This document shows positions 27,201 through 37,015 of a stretch of DNA of 64,000 bases, in pieces. The notes under the pieces were generated by a model. That model saw only the letters and a program-made list of their open reading frames with translations, did no database searches and was not told where the DNA came from. The stretch lies in the IMG/VR virus record IMGVR_UViG_3300021964_000012, positions 264,293-328,292 of that record; one strand, written 5' to 3'. The position numbers and the translations under genes are program-made. The first letter of the stretch is position 1; every line of letters begins with the position of its first letter.

Positions 27201-30177
27201 TTACATTACCTGTTGCAGTAATAGTTGTACCAGCTGTAATGCCATTTGTTATATCAGCATTGTCTGCGGCTACTTGTCCAGCAGTTGTTAAGTTACCACC
27301 TACAACATTACCTGTTGCAGTAATAGTTGTACCAGCTGTAATGCCATTTGTTATATCAGCATTGTCTGCAGCCACTTGTCCAGCAGTGGTTAAGTTACCA
27401 CCAGCTACGTTTCCTGTTGCAGTAATAGTTGTACTTGCAGTTATTGCACCTGTGACCGCGGCAGTTGAACCGTCAAATGTAAAGTTTCCACTGTCTTCGA
27501 TAGCACCACTTGTCCCTGCTAGTACAACACGACCTGCGGTCAAGTCACTTACTATTGCACTTGCTAGAGTTGCTTCACCAGTGGTGTTGATAGTAGCACT
27601 GTCCATAGCATTAGCAGTGGTTAGGTTGCCACCAGTTACGTTACCAGTTGCAGTGATAGTTGATCCTGAACTAATTAATCCAGTTGCAACTACTGCACCA
27701 CCTGTGTTTAGGTTACCGCCGGTTACATTACCAGTTACAACTGCAACACCCGAAAAGTTTGAACTTACACCGTCTACGTTTCCTGTGACTGTTAAGCTAT
27801 CACCGTTGGCAACACCAATATTTGGTGTGGTTAGGTTAGCACTTGTCTTCACAACAACTGCATCACCAACTATAGCAGTGGTTACATCATCAACGTTAAC
27901 ACTTAATGTGTCACCAGTTTTGGTTAAACCATCACCAGCAGTAATACCTCCAGCACCTGAGAACTGTGTAAAGTTAATTTCAGTTGTGCCCATAGTTACC
28001 GGAGCATTTGTTGTACAAACAAAACCTGCATCAGCGTTAGTAGAACCTTCTTCAATAAATGTGAAACCTCCTGGAATTTCTCCACTTGGTGAACCTTGAT
28101 CAAAATCAGTTGCTCTTGTTAATACGAAAGGATTTGAACCATCACCTACTGTGGTTACAACATAGATACCATTTTGTAAAGCAGCAGCTTGGTTTTGAAC
28201 AAGCACTCTTTCGTCAGCAACAAGTGTTACGCCATCTATTGCGGCCAATGCTCCATTTGCGTCAGCAGTTAATGTAGCACCAACACCTGATGTACCATTA
28301 TCGTATGTCACTGCCGGTAATGCACCTGTTGTTGCAGCCACACATGATCCTTTAATATCAAGACCTTCAGCAACTGAATCAACATATGATTTATTGGCAG
28401 CATCGCCATCAGCAGTTGGAGTAGCAAGTTGAATAATTTTTGCGTTACTTGCATCAATAGAACCAGTTCCGTTTGGATCAAGTATAATATTTTGATTTGT
28501 ACCTGTTGATTGTATTGTTGGGTTAGCACCTTGGAATGTTGCTGAAGTAATGGTTAAACCTGAGATGTCACCGCTTGCATCAATGTCGCCACCAGTGGTT
28601 AAGTTGCCACCTGATACATTTCCAGTTGCAGTTACAATACCACCTGTGTTTATGTTTCCACCAGTTACGTTACCAGTTGCAGTTAGTGTTGTACTAAATG
28701 AACCTGATGTAGCACCTGTAATTGCACCTGAGTTGATACTTGCAGTACCATCTGTTAGAGTTCCACCTGTAACAGTTCCACTAAACGTTCCTGATGTAGC
28801 ACCAGTAATAGCACCTGAGTTAATACTTGCAGTACCATCAGTTAATGTACCGCCTGTAATTGTGCCTGACCCTGTGATATTGGTTGCACCTGTGATTGCT
28901 CCACTGCTTATACTTGCAGTGCCATCAGTAAGTGTGCCACCAGTAACTGTTCCACTGAATGTTCCTGATGTAGCACCAGTAATAGCACCAGAACTGATTG
29001 TAGCAGTTCCGTCTGTTAACGATCCACCTTCTACTGCACCACTGAATGTAGCGGCAACACCACTTGTTATTGAACCATCATCAATTGTTAATACGCCATC
29101 AGTGATTGCACCAGCAGTAACTATGTTTCCACCTGTAATATTTCCTGTAGCAGTAATACTTGCGGCTTGAAATGTACCTGCGGTGATTAAGTTACCACCT
29201 GTAATATTTCCTGTTGCCACAACCTGGCCAGCTGTAGTTAAGTTGCCACCACTTACGTTACCTGTTGCAACAATAGTAGTTCCGGCTGTTATGCCATTTG
29301 TAGCGTCTAGGTTATCTGCCTGTACTTGACCGCTAGTTGTTACATTACCACCACTTACGTTTCCAGTAGCAGTTATAGTTGTTCCGGCAGTAATGCCATT
29401 TGTAGCATCTACGTTATCAGCTTGTACCTGTCCAGCAGTTGTAACATTGCCTCCTGAAACATTACCTGTTGCAACAATAGTGGTTCCGGCTGTAATTCCG
29501 TTAGTAGCATCAACATTGTCTGCTTGTACCTGGCCAGCAGTGGTTACATTTCCACCAGCTACGTTTCCAGTTGCAGTGATTGTAGTTCCGGCTGTTATGC
29601 CATTTGTTATATCAGCATTGTCACCAGCAACTTGACCTGCAGTAGTCAAGTTCCCACCACTTACGTTACCAGTTGCAGTTACAGTTGTACCAGCAGTGAT
29701 TGATGTGCCAGCTTCAATTGTGCTTGAAGCATTCAATGCTGTTGTTACGTTACCTGATGGTGCTAAGTCGACCATTGTGATATCAGCAACTCTTGCATCT
29801 GCATAACTTGATAGTGTGATAGTGTTGGCACTGCCATCTGCTGATGTAAATCCAGCAGCAAATTGGTCGTTTGCCTCATCCCATATCCATGCTATGTTTG
29901 TATCATCTCCACGTTCTCCTACAAATCCTATGTCAACTGCTGCAGAGCCAGTTTGATCTTTTGCTAGTAGAAGTATTGGATCTTCAATGATTGTGTTGAC
30001 TGTATCAAGTGTTGTACTTGTACCGTTAACTGTTAAGTTTCCTGTGATAGTAAGGTTACTACCATAGTTTAAGTTATTTGCTAACTTGCCAGCTGAAATA
30101 CTATTATCTTGTAATTTCGAACTAGCTACAATGGTAGCGTCTGTAATTTGGTTGTTTGCAATTCTGGTTAATGCCAT
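24295..30177 (-). CDS. Very long repetitive fibre / virion protein
   Basis: 1960 aa; many ATGNVxGGNLTT repeats; same C-terminal YADLAE domain as the 912-aa fibre. Confidence 0.8.
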   Translation of the reverse strand: MALTRIANNQITDATIVASSKLQDNSISAGKLANNLNYGSNLTITGNLTVNGTSTTLDTVNTIIEDPILLLAKDQTGSAAVDIGFVGERGDDTNIAWIWDEANDQFAAGFTSADGSANTITLSSYADARVADITMVDLAPSGNVTTALNASSTIEAGTSITAGTTVTATGNVSGGNLTTAGQVAGDNADITNGITAGTTITATGNVAGGNVTTAGQVQADNVDATNGITAGTTIVATGNVSGGNVTTAGQVQADNVDATNGITAGTTITATGNVSGGNVTTSGQVQADNLDATNGITAGTTIVATGNVSGGNLTTAGQVVATGNITGGNLITAGTFQAASITATGNITGGNIVTAGAITDGVLTIDDGSITSGVAATFSGAVEGGSLTDGTATISSGAITGATSGTFSGTVTGGTLTDGTASISSGAITGATNITGSGTITGGTLTDGTASINSGAITGATSGTFSGTVTGGTLTDGTASINSGAITGATSGSFSTTLTATGNVTGGNINTGGIVTATGNVSGGNLTTGGDIDASGDISGLTITSATFQGANPTIQSTGTNQNIILDPNGTGSIDASNAKIIQLATPTADGDAANKSYVDSVAEGLDIKGSCVAATTGALPAVTYDNGTSGVGATLTADANGALAAIDGVTLVADERVLVQNQAAALQNGIYVVTTVGDGSNPFVLTRATDFDQGSPSGEIPGGFTFIEEGSTNADAGFVCTTNAPVTMGTTEINFTQFSGAGGITAGDGLTKTGDTLSVNVDDVTTAIVGDAVVVKTSANLTTPNIGVANGDSLTVTGNVDGVSSNFSGVAVVTGNVTGGNLNTGGAVVATGLISSGSTITATGNVTGGNLTTANAMDSATINTTGEATLASAIVSDLTAGRVVLAGTSGAIEDSGNFTFDGSTAAVTGAITASTTITATGNVAGGNLTTAGQVAADNADITNGITAGTTITATGNVVGGNLTTAGQVAADNADITNGITAGTTITATGNVSGGNLTTANAMDSATINTTGEATLASAVVSDLTSGRVVLAGTAGAIEDSGNFTFDGSTAAVTGAITASTTITATGNVSGGNITTGGAMEATGLISSGSTITATGNVAGGNLTTAGQVAADNADITNGITAGTTITATGNVAGGNITTAGAVDATGDVTGANLKTGNITIATDDITSAGTAITVNQDAQDVDFIVEGSSNANLLTIDAGTDTIVVGSATTTTGVTFKVDSTDSQMIPVGTTAQRPTGVTGMIRFNSTLDQFEFYDSDSWTTAGSDFTVIASETFSGDNSTTAFTLGSTQTTASCIVSINGVVQEPTTAYAVSGTTLTFTEAPLAGDTIEVREITTTSTILALESDDTTSSVTTQDGGDVAIKGNIIPTANATYDLGSSTERWNDLYLTGSTITLGNVVIKNTGGNAVGFFGPDGTTPGVIDANVEIAGDSIVNGTSSVDFSGTNGDVRLTSGGTQSLTVISTGANVAGDFATTGDVRFLDGDASNYVGFQAPTTVSSDLVWTLPSADAGVSGYALVSDGAGTLSFAAAGATVSADTSTDTDFLLYFASTTTGALTAVKQDSGLIYNPSSGTLTSAAFSGDGSALTALNGSQVTTGTIAAARVATLNQDTTGTATIATTITVADESSDTTCFPLFATAATGDLGAKSGSNLTFNSSTGVLAATTFSGSGASLTSLNGSNISSGTIAAARVATLNQNTTGTAGGLSSAVTVSLTGAVTGSATFTSAGDTASITTTATSDPTITLAGDLTGSATLTNLGDATLTATIAANSVALSTDTTGNYVQQGATSGSGISGSVNSEGGTFTVTSNATNANTGSTIVFRDGSGNFSAGVITATATQARYADLAEMYAADGDIEAGTVVHFAGEGKLAACNQANHHAVAGIVSTDPAYLMNKDQEGVALAISGRVPCKVTGVVNAGDLMVSAGNGRAMANNSPAIGTVIGKAIESNAGGEAVIEVLAMMM

Positions 30178-30297
30178 TTTGTACTGTATCCTTTACTTCA
30201 GAAACCCGTTAGAAGTTTTAATCAATCTCTTATGATAATATTTATCTAGGGGTGCGATTTTCAACAACCGTGGTTTACAGTGCTTTTATAATAGATT

Positions 30298-31569
30298 TTA
30301 GGTGGCAGAAATTGTACCATCAAAGCGTACTTGTTGCCAGTTTGAACCGTTGTATACGGCCAAACAAGGTGCCCCTCCATTACCATTACTAACATAAATT
30401 ATCTGTCCAGCAGACGTATTTGTAAGTGCATTTGCTTCAGTTACAGTGTACGTTGGTAGTTGTAGACTATGAATAGTTGAGAACTGTGCAATTCCGTTGG
30501 TGTCTACTGTAATAGAATTACCCGTTCCGTTTGTAATAGAAGTCACAGTTGTGGTTGCAGTAATCTGCCTTACTTCAATAGCATCTCCACTTGCCGGTGC
30601 TTCAGTAAAAGTAAGTGTTGTACCACTTACAGAATAAGCAGTTGTAGGTGCTTGAACTGTACCATTTATGCTTACAATAACACTTGCAGTGGTTGCACTG
30701 GTGCTTAATGTAAATGCAACAGTGCTATTGTCTCCTGAGAAGGTCTGACTAGTAATTGTTGTTGTATCTTGGCCAACAGTTTCCCATCCTGTGCCATTGT
30801 AGACTTCAACAGCAGTTTCTGAGGTGTTAAAACGTAAATCACCAGTAGATGGAGATACAGGACGTTGTGCAGTATTACCAACTGCAATCTGCAGTGCAGT
30901 TGTTGTGTCAATGTTAACAGTTCCGTTTCCGGTGACTTCTAATACTATATCGCTTCCTGCATTACTAGTACCAACTGTTGTATCTGTAACAGTCAAATTT
31001 CCAATTGTTGATCCACCACCTACACCAAAAGGCCCAATGTATCTTGCTCCAACAATGTAAATTGACTTGCCTGTAACACCTGTTCCTATTTGACTAGGAA
31101 TATTATCGCCATTAAAGTTTAGTACACCTGCTTGATAATCAAAAAACCATCCATCTTCATTTCCACTACCTGCTTGGAATAACTGTGTACCTGTGCTCTG
31201 TGGGCTGGCTGCACCAGCATCATCTACATAAACTTTAACCAAATAGGTTGATCCAAATTCAGTCGGAATCCAATCTGTTAAATTGGTTTTCCAGGTTTGG
31301 TTATCCGGAGCAGTTAGATCCTCGGTGGTTTCCACTGTAGCACTACCTCCAGCGGCATCTTGGTATATTTCAACAATACTGCTAGAAGAACTTGGTTTAA
31401 CACCTGGTATTGATGCTGAGCTCTGCCATACTTTGTCTGCCCGCATTAATAATGGAGATGCAATACTCTCGTTGAATGCTTCCTTGTTGGCAGGAGGTGC
31501 AGTTTTTGCAACTCCAAAACCAAGTTTTTTCCATAAAAAGTCTACTTTAGTGCTATCTGCTAGTGCCAT
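30298..31569 (-). CDS. Virion structural protein
   Basis: 423 aa; FDYQAGVLNF motif; TAQRP...RFNT and GDNST.AFTL modules shared with the fibres. Confidence 0.7.
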   Translation of the reverse strand: MALADSTKVDFLWKKLGFGVAKTAPPANKEAFNESIASPLLMRADKVWQSSASIPGVKPSSSSSIVEIYQDAAGGSATVETTEDLTAPDNQTWKTNLTDWIPTEFGSTYLVKVYVDDAGAASPQSTGTQLFQAGSGNEDGWFFDYQAGVLNFNGDNIPSQIGTGVTGKSIYIVGARYIGPFGVGGGSTIGNLTVTDTTVGTSNAGSDIVLEVTGNGTVNIDTTTALQIAVGNTAQRPVSPSTGDLRFNTSETAVEVYNGTGWETVGQDTTTITSQTFSGDNSTVAFTLSTSATTASVIVSINGTVQAPTTAYSVSGTTLTFTEAPASGDAIEVRQITATTTVTSITNGTGNSITVDTNGIAQFSTIHSLQLPTYTVTEANALTNTSAGQIIYVSNGNGGAPCLAVYNGSNWQQVRFDGTISAT

Positions 31570-34500
31570 TAGCTTGCTACTCCTACACTAACACTGGTTA
31601 GTGTTTCGCCACTTGCTAGTGCTATACGCACAAGTATGTTGTTTCCTGTAGCGTTTGAACTGTTTGCACTTCCTAGTGTCATGGTATAGGCTGCATTTAT
31701 ACTTGTGCCTGTTGGAATTACATCAGCACCAGTTAAGGCACATCCGTTACTGCCATTACCACCGTTGCCTGTATCAGCACCAGGCACACCAGAACCAGCA
31801 TATTGAATTGTTCCATCAACCCATCCATTTATTGTACTAGCACTATCAATTGCAGTGCCTGGAGAGGCAATCCACAATCCAGTTATTCCAGTACTACTGT
31901 TCAAACTGATGTCAAAGTTAGCAACAGTTGCCCTTCTAAAGGCAAAAGTAAAATATTGTGTTCCAGATCTACCTGTGTTCAAATCAGGACCTGCTGGCAG
32001 ATAACCACTGCTTAAATCAGTAGTAAAATGACTAAGAGTACCCCAACGCACAACTGCTTCACTTGTACCAGCAATGGTTTCCGCTCCAGTCCACACATTT
32101 CCTGTATACCAATCTTGATCTGCAAAGGTTGGATTGTCGGCAGCACTTCCTAATCCTTCAATTCTCAAACCATCGTCATCGTACACACTTCCAAGAGAAT
32201 CACTGACTGGTATGTTTCCTTCGTCAAATCCTGACAAACTAGCACTATAAATCTGTATGTACTTGTCTGTCACATTAACAATTGAACTAGATCCATTAAC
32301 ATTAAACATCTGACTGTCTAGATAGCCGACTGCTCTTGCACTGCCATTTATACTAAGTGTGATGTTTCCTAATTGTTGCGGAGATGCTACTCCAACATCA
32401 GCATCAACTATGCCAGCAGTAACAAAACTTGGAGTACCGTCGATATCACCATAGGTTTTGGTTTGAGTTCCAATAATACTACCAGTGGTGCTTTCTGCTA
32501 AGGTACCAGTTGTAAATTGTATTGGTTGAGTTGTGTTTCTATATGTTTGTCCTGTGAGATTCGATACTTCTAAACCTGTAATAGTAACTGCCGGAGAGCC
32601 TGTATTGTAATATGGAACTCCTGAAATATATCTATAGGTTCCTGCAGTTTGTTCTGCAATAGTTGCGTTTCCTTGCACAACTGTCGGAACGTCTGTCATG
32701 TCATCTTTAACAAAGTCTACTAGATTAGTATCACCAGCAGTTGTATGACTAAGTTTTGCATCGTTATAACCTACACTTATACCGCTTAGAGCACGTTGCC
32801 AACGTGCATCAAAAACTTTTGCAAATCCTGTTGGATAGGTACTTGCACTTATTTCATCGTGTGCATCACCATCGTTTACAACTATAAGATCTGTATAGGT
32901 ACCTGCAGCATCTCCGTCTGGAGTAAAAGTTACATTACCAGCTTCACTGCCGTTGAACACTGCTGATAAATTTCCTGAAATAGCAGTATTAGCATCAGTA
33001 ATATTGTTTGTGTTGATTGTTGTAGTTGTGGTATATCTAGTGACACTACTACCTGCGGAAACTATGTTTCCGCCACTGTTATCAGTTGCATTAGCTGCCA
33101 ATAATGGACTTGTGCCTTGGCTTGCGTCTTGCAAACTAAGAGTCTTTCCGCTTAGTGCAGTTGGTGCAGTCGGGTTTGCATTAATTGTAATATAATTTGT
33201 TTTTGTTTCTGTATCTGTTTGTGCAATACTTACAGGAGTTCCTGATGATGTAAGAACAACTGTAAAACTACTAACAGTTCCATAACTGTTTGTAATATTT
33301 GCGGCTCCTGGTGTTCCTGCACCACTTGTGATGTTTCCTGTGGTATTACCATCACCAAATGTAAAATTTGTTGTTGTAACGTTCTGACTTGTATTTTGAA
33401 ATGTAACTAGACCTCTGTCAGTTGTGGACAAGCCTGTTCTATAATCTGTGAACAAATATCCATCTTGTGCAGTATCACCTGTTTTATCACTGGTAATCAC
33501 TGTTGTTCCAGTAAAAATACTGCGTATATCTGGTTCAACTGTAATTGTTATATTTCCAGCATTAAAAGGACTGTTGGTGCTTCCGTTTTCTGTGGCTAGT
33601 TGTACTTCAAAAGTTTGTGCAGTTCCGCTTGATTGGTTTCCGCTGTCTAATGCAAAAGTATGATTGATTGGTGTACCAGGGTTACCCGCAACACCAGTTT
33701 GAATATTTACAGCATTAACGTTTCCGTCACCCCAGGTCCAACGATATTTTTGTTGTGAGCCAAATACTGCGGTTGTTCCCGGATCTGTTGCAGTACTGTT
33801 TGTAAATTGTACTACACCACCTGATGTAGCTTCTTCATTAACCACTGTTGTTACGTTAGCACTTGACAATGAAGTATGATCACTGAAAACGTCTACAACA
33901 CCTGGCGAGCTATACACAGTAACTGGACTAGGCCCAGCAGTATTTGATGTTCCTGCTAACACAATTGAATACTGTGCATCTCCACCTGCGTTGGTATAGG
34001 TATTGGTAAGTGTTGTCCACCCAAGACTTGGATTAACATTTGCGGCACCGTCACCCCAATCCAGTTCGTAACTAGAAGTAACATTGGTAGATGTGTTGGT
34101 AATTTCAGCGGCAGTTCCGCTATCTATAGTGCTATCAGTTATTGTAAAACTTGGTGCAGGCGTAGGTGTGTAAAGTGTTATATAATTTGTACGAGTCTTT
34201 GAATCAACAGATCCTTTTGCACCTAAACTTACATTGCCTTCGTAGGTTCCATCTGGATTGAAAGCAGTAAAAGTTACAGTAAATTGTCCACCATCTGTGT
34301 TAGCATAGGTATTTGTTGGATTTTGTGATGTACTGGTGTTGCCGTCTCCAAAATCCCAAAGATATGAGGTCGCATTTCCAATAAATGTTCCAGTGAAATC
34401 AACGTCCATTGGACTAGGACCAGCCAATGGTGTTCCTGTGAAATCTGCTTGTCCAACAAAGGTGCCGTTAGCAATATTTAAACTAACTTGATTTAGATCA

Positions 34501-34955
34501 TCTAATCCATCAGTGACAACTGTGTTTGCTGTCCAGCCATCGTAGGCAACATTTGATGTTAGGTCACCATCTGTTGGCGTACCAATTTGTATAGTATTAC
34601 CAAGCAGAGCATCTACGTTTGCACTATCAACCCAACTTAATGATCCTGAACCATCTGTTGATAGTATTTGTCCTGATGTGCCTCCAGTTAATATAACTGC
34701 ACTGTTTGCACCAAGATTAACATTACTTCCACTGAGATCTAGATTACCTTCAGCACTGATAGCATTTCCTGCAATCGAAATATTTGCAATATTACTGCTT
34801 CCAGCTACGTCTAGTGTAACTGTTGGTGTATTACTACCTATACCAACTCGATTGTTAGTAACATCCACAAAGAAAGTGTTTGTGTCAATGGCTAGGTTAG
34901 CAGTTCTTTCTAAATTATCTGCGAGTGCTTTACCAGAGACTCTTGCAATTGCCAT
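31569..34955 (-). CDS. PKD/Ig-like-domain virion protein
   Basis: Repeated YLWDFGDG / LDWGDG / WTWGDG / FTFGDG PKD signatures. Confidence 0.8.
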   Translation of the reverse strand: MAIARVSGKALADNLERTANLAIDTNTFFVDVTNNRVGIGSNTPTVTLDVAGSSNIANISIAGNAISAEGNLDLSGSNVNLGANSAVILTGGTSGQILSTDGSGSLSWVDSANVDALLGNTIQIGTPTDGDLTSNVAYDGWTANTVVTDGLDDLNQVSLNIANGTFVGQADFTGTPLAGPSPMDVDFTGTFIGNATSYLWDFGDGNTSTSQNPTNTYANTDGGQFTVTFTAFNPDGTYEGNVSLGAKGSVDSKTRTNYITLYTPTPAPSFTITDSTIDSGTAAEITNTSTNVTSSYELDWGDGAANVNPSLGWTTLTNTYTNAGGDAQYSIVLAGTSNTAGPSPVTVYSSPGVVDVFSDHTSLSSANVTTVVNEEATSGGVVQFTNSTATDPGTTAVFGSQQKYRWTWGDGNVNAVNIQTGVAGNPGTPINHTFALDSGNQSSGTAQTFEVQLATENGSTNSPFNAGNITITVEPDIRSIFTGTTVITSDKTGDTAQDGYLFTDYRTGLSTTDRGLVTFQNTSQNVTTTNFTFGDGNTTGNITSGAGTPGAANITNSYGTVSSFTVVLTSSGTPVSIAQTDTETKTNYITINANPTAPTALSGKTLSLQDASQGTSPLLAANATDNSGGNIVSAGSSVTRYTTTTTINTNNITDANTAISGNLSAVFNGSEAGNVTFTPDGDAAGTYTDLIVVNDGDAHDEISASTYPTGFAKVFDARWQRALSGISVGYNDAKLSHTTAGDTNLVDFVKDDMTDVPTVVQGNATIAEQTAGTYRYISGVPYYNTGSPAVTITGLEVSNLTGQTYRNTTQPIQFTTGTLAESTTGSIIGTQTKTYGDIDGTPSFVTAGIVDADVGVASPQQLGNITLSINGSARAVGYLDSQMFNVNGSSSIVNVTDKYIQIYSASLSGFDEGNIPVSDSLGSVYDDDGLRIEGLGSAADNPTFADQDWYTGNVWTGAETIAGTSEAVVRWGTLSHFTTDLSSGYLPAGPDLNTGRSGTQYFTFAFRRATVANFDISLNSSTGITGLWIASPGTAIDSASTINGWVDGTIQYAGSGVPGADTGNGGNGSNGCALTGADVIPTGTSINAAYTMTLGSANSSNATGNNILVRIALASGETLTSVSVGVAS

Positions 34956-34994
34956 CTATTAATTTCCTTAAACTTTGCAGTATTTATCGCACTG

Positions 34995-35408
34995 TTAAGG
35001 TGTGTTGCCGAGTCCGTGAATTACGTTGATTGGTTCATTAAGTAAAGGAGCTTCTGTAAAAGTAATGTCATTTCCGCCACCGGTAATGCTGTAGGTAGAT
35101 GGTTGTTGATATATATTTGAAATGAACACAATAGCTTGATCAGCGGCACTTACACTTGTGCTGAGAGTAAATGAAAGTGTACTATTATCACCTGTAAAGT
35201 TATCAACAGTAATATCAGCTTCACCACTTTTTGCAACTTGTTGAAACACAGTGCCGTCAAAATATTCCATACTTCCTGTACTGGTATTATATCTAAATAC
35301 TCCAAATACAGGATCATTTGGTCGCTCGGCAGTAGCACCAAAAGGAATTCTGATGCTAGAGGAACCTGAAGGGATTTCTCTATTTTTTAGAAAAACTCCG
35401 GTTGCCAT
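34995..35408 (-). CDS. Small virion structural protein
   Basis: TAERP...FRYNT and FTGDNSTLSFTL modules. Confidence 0.7.
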   Translation of the reverse strand: MATGVFLKNREIPSGSSSIRIPFGATAERPNDPVFGVFRYNTSTGSMEYFDGTVFQQVAKSGEADITVDNFTGDNSTLSFTLSTSVSAADQAIVFISNIYQQPSTYSITGGGNDITFTEAPLLNEPINVIHGLGNTP

Positions 35409-35409
35409 A

Positions 35410-35724
35410 TTAGATACTCGTAAATGAAGTTACAGAATTTACTCCACTTGCAACGTTTGCAGTAACTTGTACAGTATCTCCGTTTTCGAGTAAAAGTTTT
35501 TCTCCACCCGAGTACAATTGATAAGAATCAGTTGCTGCAATGTCTAGAGTCTTTGCTACTAAGTTTATGTTACCAACACTGTCGCCACTTGGAACGATGT
35601 GTATATCGACGTTTACTGCGGCTGCGGTTGCATTTGTTAATGCAAGATAGGTAATTGCAGTATTATTGGTACTTGTATATACTGTTGTTGCACTGTTACT
35701 AACGTTTGCGGTTTGTATTGCCAT
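35410..35724 (-). CDS. Small beta-rich structural protein
   Basis: 104 aa; AAGGA RBS; EKLLLENGD motif. Confidence 0.7.
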   Translation of the reverse strand: MAIQTANVSNSATTVYTSTNNTAITYLALTNATAAAVNVDIHIVPSGDSVGNINLVAKTLDIAATDSYQLYSGGEKLLLENGDTVQVTANVASGVNSVTSFTSI

Positions 35725-35733
35725 TTTAGTTCC

Positions 35734-36375
35734 TTAAAATATAATTCCAAAAACAATTGCTTTGCTTTTGCTTACTAGTTCATCTGCAGTTGATCCATCT
35801 ACAAAATAAACACCTGTTCCGCCACTGCCTGCTACGTTTCCGTAAAGTACGGTAGTATTTGCAACTGAACCAGGAGTTGCAGTGTCTGCTAATTGTAAAC
35901 CTGCAGTAAGATTAACGTTTCCTGCAATATTTAATTGATTGGTATCAGTAAATGTTAAATTTGCACTTGCACCAAAGTTTCCTTCATTGTTGAATTGTAC
36001 TTGTGTGTTTGCTCCTGCAACACTTCCTGCTGCAGCAGTTCCAATTTCATCCCACGTACCTGTTTCACCAGTTTCGCTAGTGCTGGTACTTAATTCCCAT
36101 TTGTTATCTGTTGTATTATATCTAATACCTGCAAAAGTTGATGCAGTTTTATGAGTAAGTAAACCTGCATTACTAGCATATGTTGCGGTATTACTACTAT
36201 TAGTTACAATAAACGGATCTTTAACATCAAGTACTTCAGTGTTAATATAGGTTATATTTCCACTTACAACTAGGTTTCCATCAACTTCCATCGTATTGGT
36301 ATTGATGTACACCCTATCTGCAGTGTTTATGGTTTCAATGTAGTAATCGCCGTCGATTCTTTTTTTAGTATTCAT
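35734..36375 (-). CDS. Virion structural protein
   Basis: 213 aa; VAGANTQVQFNN..G.FGAS fibre motif; C-terminal KAIVFGIIF. Confidence 0.7.
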   Translation of the reverse strand: MNTKKRIDGDYYIETINTADRVYINTNTMEVDGNLVVSGNITYINTEVLDVKDPFIVTNSSNTATYASNAGLLTHKTASTFAGIRYNTTDNKWELSTSTSETGETGTWDEIGTAAAGSVAGANTQVQFNNEGNFGASANLTFTDTNQLNIAGNVNLTAGLQLADTATPGSVANTTVLYGNVAGSGGTGVYFVDGSTADELVSKSKAIVFGIIF

Positions 36376-36959
36376 AATGGACCTCTACGTGTATTTACCA
36401 TTTCAAGAAACTTGTCCATTGACTGAATATTCATATTAGGCAAACTGTTAAATTGTTTTACAAAAGCACTTTCGGGTCCTTCAATTCTTGTAAAATTTAC
36501 ATTATCAAATTCTTTTGCAAGTTCTAGCAGTTGCCTTACCCAGTTTCCCGAAAATGTAGGAGGCTCTAGTTGTTTTTTGTAAAATTCTGTGTCTACATAC
36601 ACATTGTTAAACATACCATTGGTTGTTCCAAGATCAAATCCTACTAGAAATATTTCAGTATGACCATCAAGACATGCAAGTGCAGTTGCATTTGGACCGC
36701 TACTATATCCTTTGTATTTGTTTTGTAAAGGTTGAGCACCTAAACCTGGAATTGGTTTTCGTGTATGAAATCGATACTGTTTTGAATAACCACTGTTTTG
36801 TATTGCTTCAGCAATTGGTCTATCAGTGGCAACTAAACAATCAGGAACAAATGTACGGTACAATGCATTGCAACCATAGATTTTTCCTTGAGACTTCAAA
36901 ACGTTAAGATCAACAACAAGTCGACTTTTACCATTTCCAATTATAAATGCAGTACTCAT
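36372..36959 (-). CDS. MptE/Maf/GT29-like fold protein (possible glycosyltransferase)
   Basis: AFIIGNGKSR, YGCNALYR, PDCLVATD, SSGPNA, IFLVGFD. Confidence 0.6.
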   Translation of the reverse strand: MSTAFIIGNGKSRLVVDLNVLKSQGKIYGCNALYRTFVPDCLVATDRPIAEAIQNSGYSKQYRFHTRKPIPGLGAQPLQNKYKGYSSGPNATALACLDGHTEIFLVGFDLGTTNGMFNNVYVDTEFYKKQLEPPTFSGNWVRQLLELAKEFDNVNFTRIEGPESAFVKQFNSLPNMNIQSMDKFLEMVNTRRGPL

Positions 36960-36996
36960 AAAAAACCCTCACTGTACTTAATACAGTAAGGGTTTT
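36960..36996 (-). terminator. Terminator-like hairpin that also contains the downstream RBS and a late-promoter variant
   Basis: 15-bp stem with one G.U pair on the minus strand, U-tract then ATG; TTAAGTA in the loop. Confidence 0.65.
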
Positions 36997-37015
36997 GGTA
37001 GTTAAAAAGTATCTA

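Noticed and set aside
24857-29635. Long plus-strand ORFs (287, 411, 206 aa and others) antisense to the fibre gene
   Set aside because: Val/Pro/Ala-rich shadows produced by the Thr/Gly codon bias of the real minus-strand gene
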